Positions 10,506 through 22,051 are shown, counted from the first letter of the whole stretch. The stretch: DNA of 63,518 nucleotides, filler included, from Octopus bimaculoides (GCF_001194135.2; 4 parts of 4 records of this genome joined end to end with filler, not necessarily neighbours in it), one strand, 5' to 3'. Program-made: numbers and translations. Notes: generated from the letters alone by a model not told the origin.

Positions 10506-10654
10506 TTTGGCAATCACGCTATTTCTTTTCAGTTTTTCAATAGAATTATAGAAATCAGCAAAAGTACCGAGAGAAACAATGAAAAGACTTGTAATGGCTT
10601 CCAACGGCTGACTTGACAGTGAACACACGTTATCTCTGAATAGGATATACATTG
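10506..10654 (-). CDS. nan: TRPV exon: end of S5, turret, pore helix and selectivity filter
   Basis: gtttttcag|CA ATG...GCC AAA|gtaagt, 149 nt. Encodes (A)MYILFRDNVCSLSSQPLEAITSLFIVSLGTFADFYNSIEKLKRNSVIAK. Confidence 0.92.
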
Positions 10655-10715
10655 CTGAAAAACAAGGATATATCTATATCTATATCATCTATCTACACAC
10701 ACACACACACACATA

Positions 10716-10934
10716 CAAGAGGGGGTGCTGAGAAGTTCCTGGCATTAAGGGTATCGCAAAAAGCCTGGTTGGAGGCCCAACCTTTCGAGTTCTTTTTCAG
10801 GGCTTAGAAAGAAAGAAGGACCACTGCAATAAGTGTGTGAATCTGAAAGGGGATTATGTTGAACAAAATCATAATTAACTGATCTTCCTGTATTTTCTTT
10901 GACCAGAAGCCAGGAACTTTTCAGCACCCCCTCG
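10716..10934. mobile_element. Second copy of the mariner-type MITE
   Basis: TA|CAAGAGGGGGTGCTGAGAAGTTCCTGG...CCAGGAACTTTTCAGCACCCCCTCG|TA. The interior matches 8708-8923. Confidence 0.88.
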
Positions 10935-10965
<31 letters not shown>

Positions 10966-11568
10966 GAAATTTACAGAAAGACAAAAAGACAAAGACAGGT
11001 GTATAAACAACAAACAGGTGTATTAGCTTGAAGCTCGGGAAAGTGAGAAAGTCTTTTACATTTCGAGCCTATGCTCTTCAACAGAAAGGAACACGATGAA
11101 ATAAAAAACTTTTGGAGTTAGCGGTCAATCATGGCAACTGGTTGGACATATATACATATATATATATATATATATACACAATAGTTATATTTACATATAT
11201 ACATACTTATATCTCTATGATGTTGATATACAAATAACTATTCACCCAGAAAACTCATTCTGCCATTTATCATGAGGAACCTACACAGCTAAGAGCCTAA
11301 ACTTTAGCCACTGGACCACATACAAACGACTCCTGTCCACTCTCCCATCTGGCAGATTAAACTTAGAGTGCCTTGATTGTAACTAAACATGCTCACTCAA
11401 CCGTGTCGGCCTTCATTTTAGGCACAAAATATACTGTCACATGACACTAATGCACTCACATAGCAGAGAAATGTACAAAAGGTTCTAAACTTAACCACAT
11501 CTACATTCTCTACAAACATTCAGAGCATTGATTGTTTGGTACTGTTTTGTAATAATGAAAGCATTTAC

Positions 11569-11678
11569 CTTGAGAAAATCCCATGAGGAATATTCCGTAG
11601 ATGATGAAGAAACGAAGGAGATCACCTTTAATCATACTGTAAATCATCACAACAAAGGGTCCCGTTATAGCAAAGCCC
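11569..11678 (-). CDS. nan: TRPV exon: S4-S5 linker and S5
   Basis: gtttcag|G GGC...CAA G|gtaaat, 110 nt. Encodes [36 protein letters not shown], similar to Nan [23 protein letters not shown]. Not in the ORF track. Confidence 0.95.
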
Positions 11679-11754
11679 CTGAAACAGCATAAAGGAAAAG
11701 AGGCAGCATGTTAAATGACTTAGAAGCAATGGTTGATGTTGCTGTTGTTGATGT

Positions 11755-12830
11755 TGTTGGGCCTCAAGTCATCTGTGATACAGCCAAACTATGATCAAAG
11801 ACATTGAAGCTGTTTACATCCTGTCTTTTATTCCAGCATAGTGTATCTGAGACTACTTCATCAAATGTGTCCTTGTTGTTCTTTAGGTCCAGGTCATCTC
11901 TGATCAGGCAGAGCTGTGATTAGAAGTGTGTCCAGCTATCACTAAGCTGTCATTTATTGAGACATAGTTATCTAGGACTACATTACTAAATGTGTTCTTT
12001 CTTCTTAGTGTTTAGGCCATGATCAGTTCTGATCCAGGAGACCTTATCATCAAATGTTGCTCTAGCAGTGGCCATCCTGTCTTTTATTCTGGCACAGTGT
12101 ATCTAGGACTCCATTATCAAATGTGGTCTTTCTAGTGTTTAGAACCAAGTCAGCCCTAATCCAGCAGATCTATGTTTAAATTTATGAGTATTCCATCAGT
12201 GACCATCCTGTCATTTATTCAAACATAGTACATCTAGGAATACATCAGCGCAAATGAGTTCCTCCTTGTAACTGTCTTAGGCAACTCTGTCTAAGTTATT
12301 CTGTCATAGTGTATCAATGAGTGAAGACACATGGCTTAGTGGTTAAGGGCATAAAGTCATGAGTTCAATTCTCAATGACACATTGTGTCCTTGAGAGAGG
12401 CACTTTATTTTACATTGCTCCAGTTTACTCAGCTGGCAAAAATGAATAGTGCCTGCATTTCAAAGGGGCCAACCTTGACACGTTCTGTGTCATGCTGAAT
12501 CTCCCTGAGAACTACAAACTACATTAAGGGCACACGTGTCTGTGGAGTACTCAGCCACTTGCATGTTACTTTCACAAGCAGGCTGTTCCATTGATCGAAT
12601 CAACTGGAACTCTCATTGTTAAAAGCAACGGAGTGCCAGTGTCTATGACCACATTAACAAATGTCTCACTCTTCGCTGTTGTCTAAGACCAGGTCAACTC
12701 AGGTCCAGCAGACCTATGATCAAAACTGCTCTGGCCATGACCATCCTGCCTTTTATTCTGACATAGTGTATCTAGGATTACATTATGAAATGTGTCCTTT
12801 TTGTTGTTTAGGCCCAGGTCAGCCTCAACT
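11755..12830. repeat. Tandem array of an about 125-bp unit (5+ copies) split by a SINE
   Basis: AGG.CCAGGTCA...GACCATCCTGTCTTTTATT...CATAGTGTATCTAGGACTACATTATCAAATGTGT is repeated. Solo fragments lie at about 230-320 and about 22350. Confidence 0.8.
12323..12637 (+). mobile_element. tRNA-derived SINE family B, full length
   Basis: ATGGCTTAGTGGTTA A-box and GAGTTCAATTC B-box. The body is shared with copies at 13823, 20206 and 33661. Confidence 0.85.
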
Positions 12831-12849
12831 CTGATTATTTCAACACCTC

Positions 12850-12909
<60 letters not shown>

Positions 12910-13084
12910 AATAATAATATATATATTTTACCTGTGAATTTGTGTGTGTAAACTGGGAATGCATACGAGTTTCTCTGCCCTCGGTGTACGGAAAACACTC
13001 AGCGAGAAACGGAAGAAAATTTGAAGAAAGAAGAAAAAAACAACAACATAATAATAATAATAATTAAGTGATGTGTGAACATAC

Positions 13085-13236
13085 CTACAGAAGAAGAGAA
13101 AGTAGGGAGCTGTACAGAGTATAGCCATAACACCCATAATATCCTCGTATTCATGGCTGCAGGTGAGTCTTCCAGGGACCATGGTAAAAACAAATATACA
13201 GGACATGAGGAACATGGTCTTCGATGGAGCTCTTTT
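13085..13236 (-). CDS. nan: TRPV exon: S3-S4
   Basis: ttgacag|AAA AGA...TGT AG|gtatgt, 152 nt. Encodes KRAPSKTMFLMSCIFVFTMVPGRLTCSHEYEDIMGVMAILCTAPYFLFFC(R). TAPYFLFFCRGF marks the Nan/OCR clade rather than Iav/OSM-9. Confidence 0.95.
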
Positions 13237-13294
13237 CTGTCAATAGAAACCAACGACATATATATAAATATCATCATCATCATCATCATCATCG

Positions 13295-13440
13295 TTTAAC
13301 GTCCACTTTCCATGCTAGCATGGGTTGGACGATTTGACTGAGGACTGGTGAAACCGGATGGCAACACCAGGCTCCAATCTAATTTGGCAGAGTTTCTACA
13401 GCCGGATGCCTTTCATAACGCCAACCACTCAGAGAGTGAA
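13295..13440 (+). mobile_element. SINE family D fragment following (CAT)n
   Basis: TTTAACGTCCACTTTCCATGCTAGCATGGGTTGGACG...AACGCCAACCAC. Reverse complement of the 9960-10100 copy. Confidence 0.75.
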
Positions 13441-13822
13441 TTCAAAAATTTCCAAGAAAATTGAAACAAATTAAAATTTTTTCATTTGATTAATTCTTAT
13501 TTAGAAATTAAATTGATAATGAATGATAATCATTGCAACTTTGCCTTTTCTGGACATAATGTACGTACTGTAATTTCGGTACTGTACAGAGACAAAGTTA
13601 CAAATGAATATATCGAAAGAATTTTTTAAATAATGGAAAAAAGAATGAGGATACAAATTTAATAAAATGCCTTTATTTTAAATAAATTAAATTAAATTAA
13701 TATTGAATAGAATATAATTACAAGTAGCATTTGCCTTTTTTGAATAACCTTACTACAGACTTTAGTACTGCTCATAGAGACAAAGCCACAAATAATCATG
13801 TTCTATTTACTATAAAATTTAT

Positions 13823-14119
13823 GAGGGTTCCAATTGATCAGGTCGATGGAACAGCCTGCTCATGAAATTAACATGCATGTGGCTGAGCACTCCACAGACA
13901 CATGTACCCTAAATATAATTTTCAGGGAGATTCAGTGTGATACAGAATGTGACAAGGCCGGCTCTTTGAAATACAGGTACTACTCATATTTGCCAGCTGA
14001 GTGGACTGGAGCAATGTGAAATAAAGTGTCTTACTCAAGGACACGATGCATCACTGGGAATTGAACTCATGATCTTATGATCATGAACTGAATCCTCAAA
14101 CCACTAAGCCACGTGCCTT
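13823..14119 (-). mobile_element. SINE family B, inverted relative to 12323-12637
   Basis: Collinear reverse complement of the family B body and head. Confidence 0.85.
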
Positions 14120-14858
14120 ATATAACAAAAGTATAAAAATGTAACTTTTGCATAGAGGAAATTTATCAGATTTTTTTTACATTGAAAGACATGTTGCTTA
14201 ACAATAGATTCAAACAAGCTCTTCAGATGTCTGCAACCTTCATAGAAAAACACTTAACTACTTCCTTGCAAGTATTGGACAGGATGTCATCCACTACACA
14301 AATGGGAGGTGCCTGAGTTTAAGGGGCAAATGTGAGGACAATATCTTGTTTAACTTTCAAGTAGCAACACATATAGGATATAGAAACTTCTATATAACCT
14401 AAAACTCAATTAAACCGAGCGCCTTTCCTATGAAAATCCTAAATAAGCTCCTAATACCACAAATATATAATTTTATCTGACAGAATTTCATTAATTAATT
14501 TTAAAGTTTTATTGTGCCTGGGGAGTCGTATTTAATCTCTTTTAATACATAGCAATTGTGCTAAATACTAAGATATATACTTTGACCTGTTTTAGTGTGT
14601 AGAACTCACAGTTTTGTCTTTGAACTAAGGTTGATATGAGAGCAAATACAAAATAAATTTTTATAGTCATATCAAATTTCTAGATTTCCCCCTCTCTTTT
14701 TGCATCTAAAACCGTAGTAAAAATGATGAAATCTGTTAGTCACGCATAAATAAATTAGATAGATAGATAGCTACATAAATAGATAGATAGACAGACAGAT
14801 AGATAGATAGACAGGTATATATTTTGATGGATCCTTTTTCTGCCAAAATATAGGTGGT

Positions 14859-14893
<35 letters not shown>

Positions 14894-15232
14894 GAAGATA
14901 ACATAATTGGTACACGTGTTTCCACAAGCGAACTGTCTTTATTACACAAGCCAAATGACTATATTATGTAATATTCTCAACTCAGAAGACACTTGTCCAA
15001 GGTAATGCACATTGGAATTGAACCTGAAACCACATGGTTGTGAAAACGAGCTTGTTAGCCACACAGCTATGCCACCACCTATGATCAAATGCATTTCAGA
15101 TCAGCTGGATCTGAGTCCCAAAACAACCAAGAAACTAACACTCAGAAATGGACTGTTGACATATCCAGGGGCAGACATTTTATCTTATAACCACTTCAAA
15201 GTAAACGAAAATGCATGCTAAATACTGGTGCC

Positions 15233-15267
<35 letters not shown>

Positions 15268-15293
15268 CAAAGGGAGAATGGAGAATTCTTTAC

Positions 15294-15401
15294 CAAAGTC
15301 ATTGAAAATATTCGAATTCCTTGATAGTAAATTTCTTTTCCTGCACAAGTCAGGAAAATTCCGGCACAGATTACTGTAAGAACTTCCACGGGCAAACGGA
15401 T
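15294..15401 (-). CDS. nan: TRPV exon: S2 and S2-S3 linker
   Basis: tcaatccag|ATC...ACT TTG|gtaaag, 108 nt. Encodes IRLPVEVLTVICAGIFLTCAGKEIYYQGIRIFSMTL. Confidence 0.92.
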
Positions 15402-15447
15402 CTGGATTGAAAGAAATAATAACAAGGTGAGTATGCATGTGTATACA

Positions 15448-15487
<40 letters not shown>

Positions 15488-16610
15488 CATATATATATAT
15501 ACATATATATATATANNNNNNNNNNNNNNNNNNNNNNNNNNNNNNNNNNNNNNNNNNNNNNNNNNNNNNNNNNNNNNNNNNNNNNNNNNNNNNNNNNNNN
15601 NNNNNNNNNNNNNNNNNNNNNNNNNNNNNNNNNNNNNNNNNNNNNNNNNNNNNNNNNNNNNNNNNNNNNNNNNNNNNNNNNNNNNNNNNNNNNNNNNNNN
15701 NNNNNNNNNNNNNNNNNNNNNNNNNNNNNNNNNNNNNNNNNNNNNNNNNNNNNNNNNNNNNNNNNNNNNNNNNNNNNNNNNNNNNNNNNNNNNNNNNNNN
15801 NNNNNNNNNNNNNNNNNNNNNNNNNNNNNNNNNNNNNNNNNNNNNNNNNNNNNNNNNNNNNNNNNNNNTATATATATATATATATATATATATATTTACA
15901 TTATTATATGATTAAATGCCATGCATCCATTTCCAAGTAAGTTTATCTTAATAAATTTGATGCAACTCTATCCCGTACTGTTCTCTCCCCACTCCTTTTC
16001 GTTTTCTCTCTCATCCTTTCTCTAATTCTTTTTTCTCCCCTTTATGGTTTTCTATCTCTCTCTCTTTCTGCCTCTTTCTCCTTCACTTTCCCTCGTTGCT
16101 CACACATAACCATCGTCCATCTTTCTTTTCCTCACGTGATCATCTTTCTTTTCCTTCAGTCTGTCGTACAGAACAGACACATTCTTATCTGCCTCCTCTT
16201 CTAACTTTTCTCTTGTCAAAGACAATATTTCTCCAGCAATCACTACCTTACCCCATCTGGTTTGTTACCAGCTTTGACCCTCTGCAAATTCCACATTTTA
16301 TTTTGGTTCACAGGAGCAACTGCCTTTTGAAGCCTCATATTGTTGTTAAATGCTCAAAATGAGGAGTAGATGGACAGCCAACAACTGATGAAGGGTCATT
16401 CTTTATGTTACTTGCCTTGTTTTCCATTTGTTTCACTCGTTTGTATACCCAAGTTTGTCTTCGTATTTCAGGTTGTTTACGTTTTGTGACATCCTGTACC
16501 CATATATGCATATGTATATATATACATATATATGTATGTATGTACATATATGTATGTATATATGTATATATATATATTTTATTTATATTATTATTATATA
16601 TATATGTATG

Positions 16611-16669
<59 letters not shown>

Positions 16670-17013
16670 TGTGTGTGTATACATATGTGTATGTGTGTGC
16701 ATGTGTGTATGTGTATGTCTGAATATATGTATACGATCATGCATATTATCATATGCATATATATACCCTTACTAGCTTCCATACAAAATGTCTTACCCTC
16801 AATCCACGAACCCACCAAATTGTTACCCCTACTGACTTCCATACAAAATATGGAATTAAGGACTTCTCATCCTTAATTCACAATCAACCCCCTATCAAAT
16901 TTTAGCTCCTTACTGCTTTCCATACAAAGTGTCTCTCATCCTGAAATCACAAACCCCTACCAGATTGACCCCCTTCATCAATCCCCAAACAGAGCAATGT
17001 GTGAAATACATAC

Positions 17014-17236
17014 GTAGTCATAATCCGTGTAAGGAAAGAGCAAGTAGCAGGGTTCAATCGGGTCTTCGAGGACTCGTTCGGTCAAACCTTTACTGCTGCA
17101 GTTGTTTGGATTTTTAACGTAGGATATTGGGGTTTTGGCGAAGTCTTTGAGTCGAGGGTCGGCCCCAGGACGAAGAGCAAAGGCGATGACGAAGATTATA
17201 AAATAAACGGTGAAGAAGAGGAAGCGTCGGTAAAAC
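17014..17236 (-). CDS. nan: TRPV exon: pre-S1, S1 and S1-S2 loop
   Basis: ttccatgtag|G TTT...GAC TAC|gtatgt, 223 nt. Encodes FYRRFLFFTVYFIIFVIAFALRPGADPRLK...EPCYLLFPYTDYDY, with the LRPG and CYLL motifs of Nan. Not in the ORF track. Confidence 0.92.
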
Positions 17237-17924
17237 CTACATGGAAGAGAAAGAGGAAGATTGGTGTGTAGTTAACACTGGTAATATGTAACAGTGTGTG
17301 TGTGTGTGTGGGGGGTGTATGTGTATGTGTGTGTGTATGTGTGTGTGTATGCATGTGTATGTGTGTGTATGTGTGTTTGCATGTGTGTGTATGTGTGTAT
17401 GTGTGTGTATGTTTGTGTGCATGTATGTGTGTATGTATGTGTGTATGTGTATGTATGTGTGTATGTGTATGTATGTGTGTATGTGTATGTATGTGTGTAT
17501 GTATGTGTGTATGTGTGTGTGTATTTGTGTNNNNNNNNNNNNNNNNNNNNNNNNNNNNNNNNNNNNNNNNNNNNNNNNNNNNNNNNNNNNNNNNNNNNNN
17601 NNNNNNNNNNNNNNNNNNNNNNNNNNNNNNNNNNNNNNNNNNNNNNNNNNNNNNNNNNNNNNNNNNNNNNNNNNNNNNNNNNNNNNNNNNNNNNNNNNNN
17701 NNNNNNNNNNNNNNNNNNNNNNNNNNNNNNNNNNNNNNNNNNNNNNNNNNNNNNNNNNNNNNNNNNNNNNNNNNNNNNNNNNNNNNNNNNNNNNNNNNNN
17801 NNNNNNNNNNNNNNNNNNNNNNNNNNNNNNNNNNNNNNNNNNNNNNNNNNNNNNNNNNNNNNNNNNNNNNNNNNNNNNNNNNNNNNNNNNNNNNNNNNNN
17901 NNNNNNNNNNNNNNNNNNNNNNNN

Positions 17925-17972
17925 AAGACTGAATATAATACCATCCATCATATAAAGGTGTTCCTCTTTGTC
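17925..17972 (-). CDS. nan: TRPV exon: linker domain, 3' end lost in an assembly gap
   Basis: catttttcaag|GAC AAA... encodes DKEEHLYMMDGIIFSL, then runs into N. Similar to Nan DKLEHLELLDGVVIDLL. Confidence 0.88.
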
Positions 17973-18087
17973 CTTGAAAAATGAAGAGAGTAAATAATGA
18001 TGATGATGATGATGATGATGATGACGATGACGACAATGACGACAATGACGACGATGACGACAACGGTGACGATGGCGAGAAGAAGAA

Positions 18088-18530
18088 GAAAAGGTCACAG
18101 AAAATGAGAAAGCAACAATACTATGGGATATGCCAATACACAAAGATAGAGAAATTAAGGCTAATAGGCCAGATATAGTTGTCAGAGATCATGAAGGAAA
18201 AAAATGCTTTCTAATCGATGTATCAATACAAATAGATGACAAAGTTTCTCATAAAAGAAATGGAGAAACTTTCAAAATACAAAGATCTGGAAATAGAGGC
18301 AACTCGAATGTGGAATCTAAAAACAGAAACAATTCCTATCATAATTGGCGCATAAGGTATGATAAAAAAATATTCAGACAAATACATAACAAAAACACCA
18401 GGACTAACAAATACATATAACATACAGAAAATTGCACTACTGGGCACTGCACACATCCTACGCAAAACACTTTCAATACAGTAACCATAAGACCATCACA
18501 GCAAACCACAGCACATACCCAAGGCACAGA
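18088..18530 (+). mobile_element. R4/Dong-type LINE 3' fragment (REL endonuclease) followed by (AAT)n
   Basis: Reads EKVTENEKATILWDMPIH..IKANRPDIVVRDH..KCFLIDVSI, then after a frameshift KYKDLEIE...IPIIIGALG..QKIALLGTAHILRK. This is the PD-(D/E)xK REL signature. Confidence 0.85.
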
Positions 18531-18552
18531 GAGCACATTATAAAAATAAGAC

Positions 18553-18812
<260 letters not shown>

Positions 18813-19493
18813 ATGCACCCTGTTTTTTCCTGTACGCTTATAGATACGTACAAGGAACTTTATATGTGCGCGCTTGTGAGTGTGCACATGGATGCGTGCG
18901 TAATGTAGATATATGCATGCGTATATAGAGATGTGTGCGTGCGTATATGGATACATGCGTGCATGCGATAATATACGCAGTTTTAGACACGTTTTGACCT
19001 TGTCACTACACAGTAATTTCCCTTTGTTTTTAACGGTCATTTTCCACAGGAATTTTCAATGGCTAGATAACTGAAGAGACGTTGGTGTGGGCTCCCACCC
19101 TGGCATCTGAAACTCGGAGTTTTATCATGGCTATTGAATAAGTGTCACATGTTTTTACAGATAAATTCCTCTATTTGCATAATATCGAGGTCTCTTTCTT
19201 TCTTTTGTTGTCCTTCTTATCAATATATATATATATATATATATAAATTTACAATATATGGATTTAACTAATCTGGTGGTACTCGTAAAAGTCTTCCCTT
19301 AATGGATCAGGCTACAATCCACATAGTTAAAACAAATGAAAAACAAAGGGATACAATGTAGAGTCTGATGCAGTTGAAATCCAATAAATCCAATTGATAG
19401 TTATGGATGTCAATTGGTGAAATAAATTTTTTCATCTTACATCTCCTCTCTTTCTTTATTGCATGTGTGTGTGTGTGTGTGTGTACTACTCAC

Positions 19494-19643
19494 CCCGTAA
19501 ACAACAAAACTTAGTGTAGAATTGGTGTTGATTTCTCCATTCTCCGATATTGTGTCAATTTCCTTGAGAGGGTAACCACGACATGTCACCACTCCATATT
19601 CCCAATACTGGTCTCTCTCCAAGTTGATGATATGGTCATACAT
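19494..19643 (-). CDS. nan: TRPV exon: end of ARD and linker beta-hairpin
   Basis: atgacag|ATG...TAC GGG|gtgagt, 150 nt. Encodes MYDHIINLERDQYWEYGVVTCRGYPLKEIDTISENGEINTNSTLSFVVYG. Confidence 0.95.
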
Positions 19644-19672
19644 CTGTCATACAATAATAATAATAATAATAA

Positions 19673-19710
<38 letters not shown>

Positions 19711-19789
19711 ACAACAAGAGCAGACATAGAATGCCTCTACTTACCCTAGCAATTTAATCGGCTCACCAGTCAAGCACCCTACGATGCTT

Positions 19790-19975
19790 TTGGATGAGGC
19801 CCGACCCACCTCTCCAGTTACCGAGCTGCAGGTTGGTACACCAACGACCAACATACGGGATACAATGGTGGTGACATCGTCTGTGTATGCTGACATAGTT
19901 CTTCTGCACTCCAGCTTCAGCCGGATGGTTTTAAACACTTCCAACCCCTGCAGCAATGCCTCAAGGACCCCGACT
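19790..19975 (-). mobile_element. L1/Tx1-like reverse-transcriptase fragment
   Basis: Reads ...MSAYTDDVTTIVS, similar to the RT AYADDVT motif. Degenerate. Confidence 0.5.
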
Positions 19976-20205
19976 TACAGAAGTGATGAAAGATGACAGC
20001 ATTGATGGATCGAGCTTGTAATACCAAGCTGTTTCAAATGATGGCCATTAATCATTAACACTGAGTGTAGCACAGCTGCCAGGAACATTTTATTGATCTA
20101 TTGAATGATTTCAATTGGTTTAACTTGATCAGTGTGCCACCAAAGCCATACATAGAGCTCAACATTTTTACTGTATGCCATTTAAATGGTGCTTGTCCTT
20201 GACAG

Positions 20206-20530
20206 TGAAGGCACATGGCTTAGTAGTTTGGACTTTCAGCTTGCAATCTTAGGACTGTAAGTTCAATTCCCAGCGATGCATTGTGTTCTTGATCAAGACA
20301 CTTTACTTTACCTTGCTCCAGTTTACTCAGTTGGCTAAAACGAGTTGTATCTGTATTTCAAAGGGGCCAGCACTTGTCACACTCTGTGTCATGCTGGATC
20401 TCCCTGACAACTACGTTAAGGGTATACGCATCTGTGGAGTGCTCAGCCACATGCACATTGATTTCACAAGCAGGCTGTTCTGTTGGTTGGATCAACCTGA
20501 ACCCTCATCGTCGTAACCAATGGAGTGCCA
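20206..20530 (+). mobile_element. SINE family B, full length
   Basis: Collinear with 12323-12637. Confidence 0.85.
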
Positions 20531-20621
20531 GCTAGCATCCCAGCTAGCATGTTTTCTCTTCTCTTCATGTAGTCTCCTGTGTTTGGAGCACTCAACTCTA
20601 GCATCACACACAGACTGCCAT

Positions 20622-20854
20622 ACCTTCTGATCAATAGCCAGGACCCCCAACCAATTGGGAGGGAAACCACCAACTTCCTCTTCGGGTCTTGAAACATCAG
20701 CCTTATCTCAAAACATACACCTGTTCTCATGACCAAAACCTTCTGATCAATAGCCAGGACCGCCAGCCAATCGGGGGAGAAACCACCAACTTTCTGTTCA
20801 GGTCTTGAAGCATCAGCCTTATCTCAAAACATACACCTGCTCTTATGACCAAAA
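20622..20854. repeat. 116-bp direct tandem duplication
   Basis: ACCTTCTGATCAATAGCCAGGAC starts at 20622 and again at 20738. Confidence 0.9.
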
Positions 20855-21146
20855 CCAACTTGAGTGTACACTTTGGAATTGATCAATCAGGAGGATAACT
20901 GCAGATTGAAACCCTAGTCTTGTAGCTGGCTACCACATTTAAATCATGTAATCTGATGTTATTAAGGAGATAGCCCTAATTCCAGTCACCTTCCAGCCTA
21001 CCATTATTTAAGCAGTCCCATTTCAACCCTGCCATTGTTACATTGGGTAGAAAACAAAATAAAAGGTAGCCACGGTCTTCGTTTTCCTTTCAGATTCGAA
21101 AAGATAAGGACAGTAGAGTCAAGGTGAGTCAGGGTGGTTCAACAAT

Positions 21147-21486
21147 GGAAGTAAATCTAGAATTAAATCTAGAAGTAAATCTATAGAAGTAAATGGAAGT
21201 AAATCTAGAAGTAAATCTAGAAGTAAATCTATAGAAGTAAATGGAAGTAAATCTAGAATTAAATCTAGAAGTAAATCTATAGAAGTAAATGGAAGTAAAT
21301 CTAGAATTAAATCTAGAAGTAAATCTATAGAAGTAAATGGAAGTAAATCTAGAAGTAAATCTAGAAGTAAATCTAGAAGTAAATCTAGAAGTAAATCTAT
21401 AGAAGTAAATGGAAGTAAATCTAGAAGTAAATCTAGAAGTAAATCTAGAAGTAAATCTATAGAAGTAAATGGAAGTAAATCTAGAA
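21147..21486. repeat. 12-bp minisatellite (GAAGTAAATCTA) organised as a 48-bp higher-order repeat
   Basis: The GG marker falls at 21147, 21195, 21243, 21291, 21339, 21411 and 21471 (spacings 48,48,48,48,72,60). Confidence 0.92.
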
Positions 21487-21540
21487 ATATACCAAAACAG
21501 AATTGAGAGGGAATTTAAAGGAAATGTAAAGATTCTTTAC

Positions 21541-21642
21541 CTCTTTTCTTGCCAGTTTTGCTGCTAATGCAAGTGGTGTGAGACCTTGACGGTTCTTGAT
21601 AGACAGACGGGCACCAAACGAGTAAAGAAGCAGGAACATTTT
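21541..21642 (-). CDS. nan: TRPV exon: distal ankyrin repeats
   Basis: ttctacttcag|AAA ATG...AAA GAG|gtaaag, 102 nt. Encodes KMFLLLYSFGARLSIKNRQGLTPLALAAKLARKE. Not in the ORF track. Confidence 0.95.
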
Positions 21643-21779
21643 CTGAAGTAGAACCGTAAATAAAAGAACACCAGGTCGTTATTGTATTCTTGGTTGTGGT
21701 TTTTTGGGTGATATGGGAATAATACAGTTTTTGGAGGGATAGAGGGATAGGATCAATAAAGATTGCTGGAGAGAGAGAA

Positions 21780-21905
21780 GATTAAATTTTTTGGATCGGG
21801 ACTTTTTGTCAGAGAGAGTGGAGGGAGACGTGGGGAGGGGGAAGAAGGGAGGAAGAGAGAAAGAGAGGGTGGGGAAAGAAGGAAAAAGTGGGGAGAGACA
21901 GACAG

Positions 21906-21936
<31 letters not shown>

Positions 21937-22003
21937 AAAAAGAAAGAAAGAAAAAAAGAAAAAAGAAAGAAAGAAAGGAAGGAAGGAAGGAAGGAAGGAA
22001 GGA

Positions 22004-22051
<48 letters not shown>

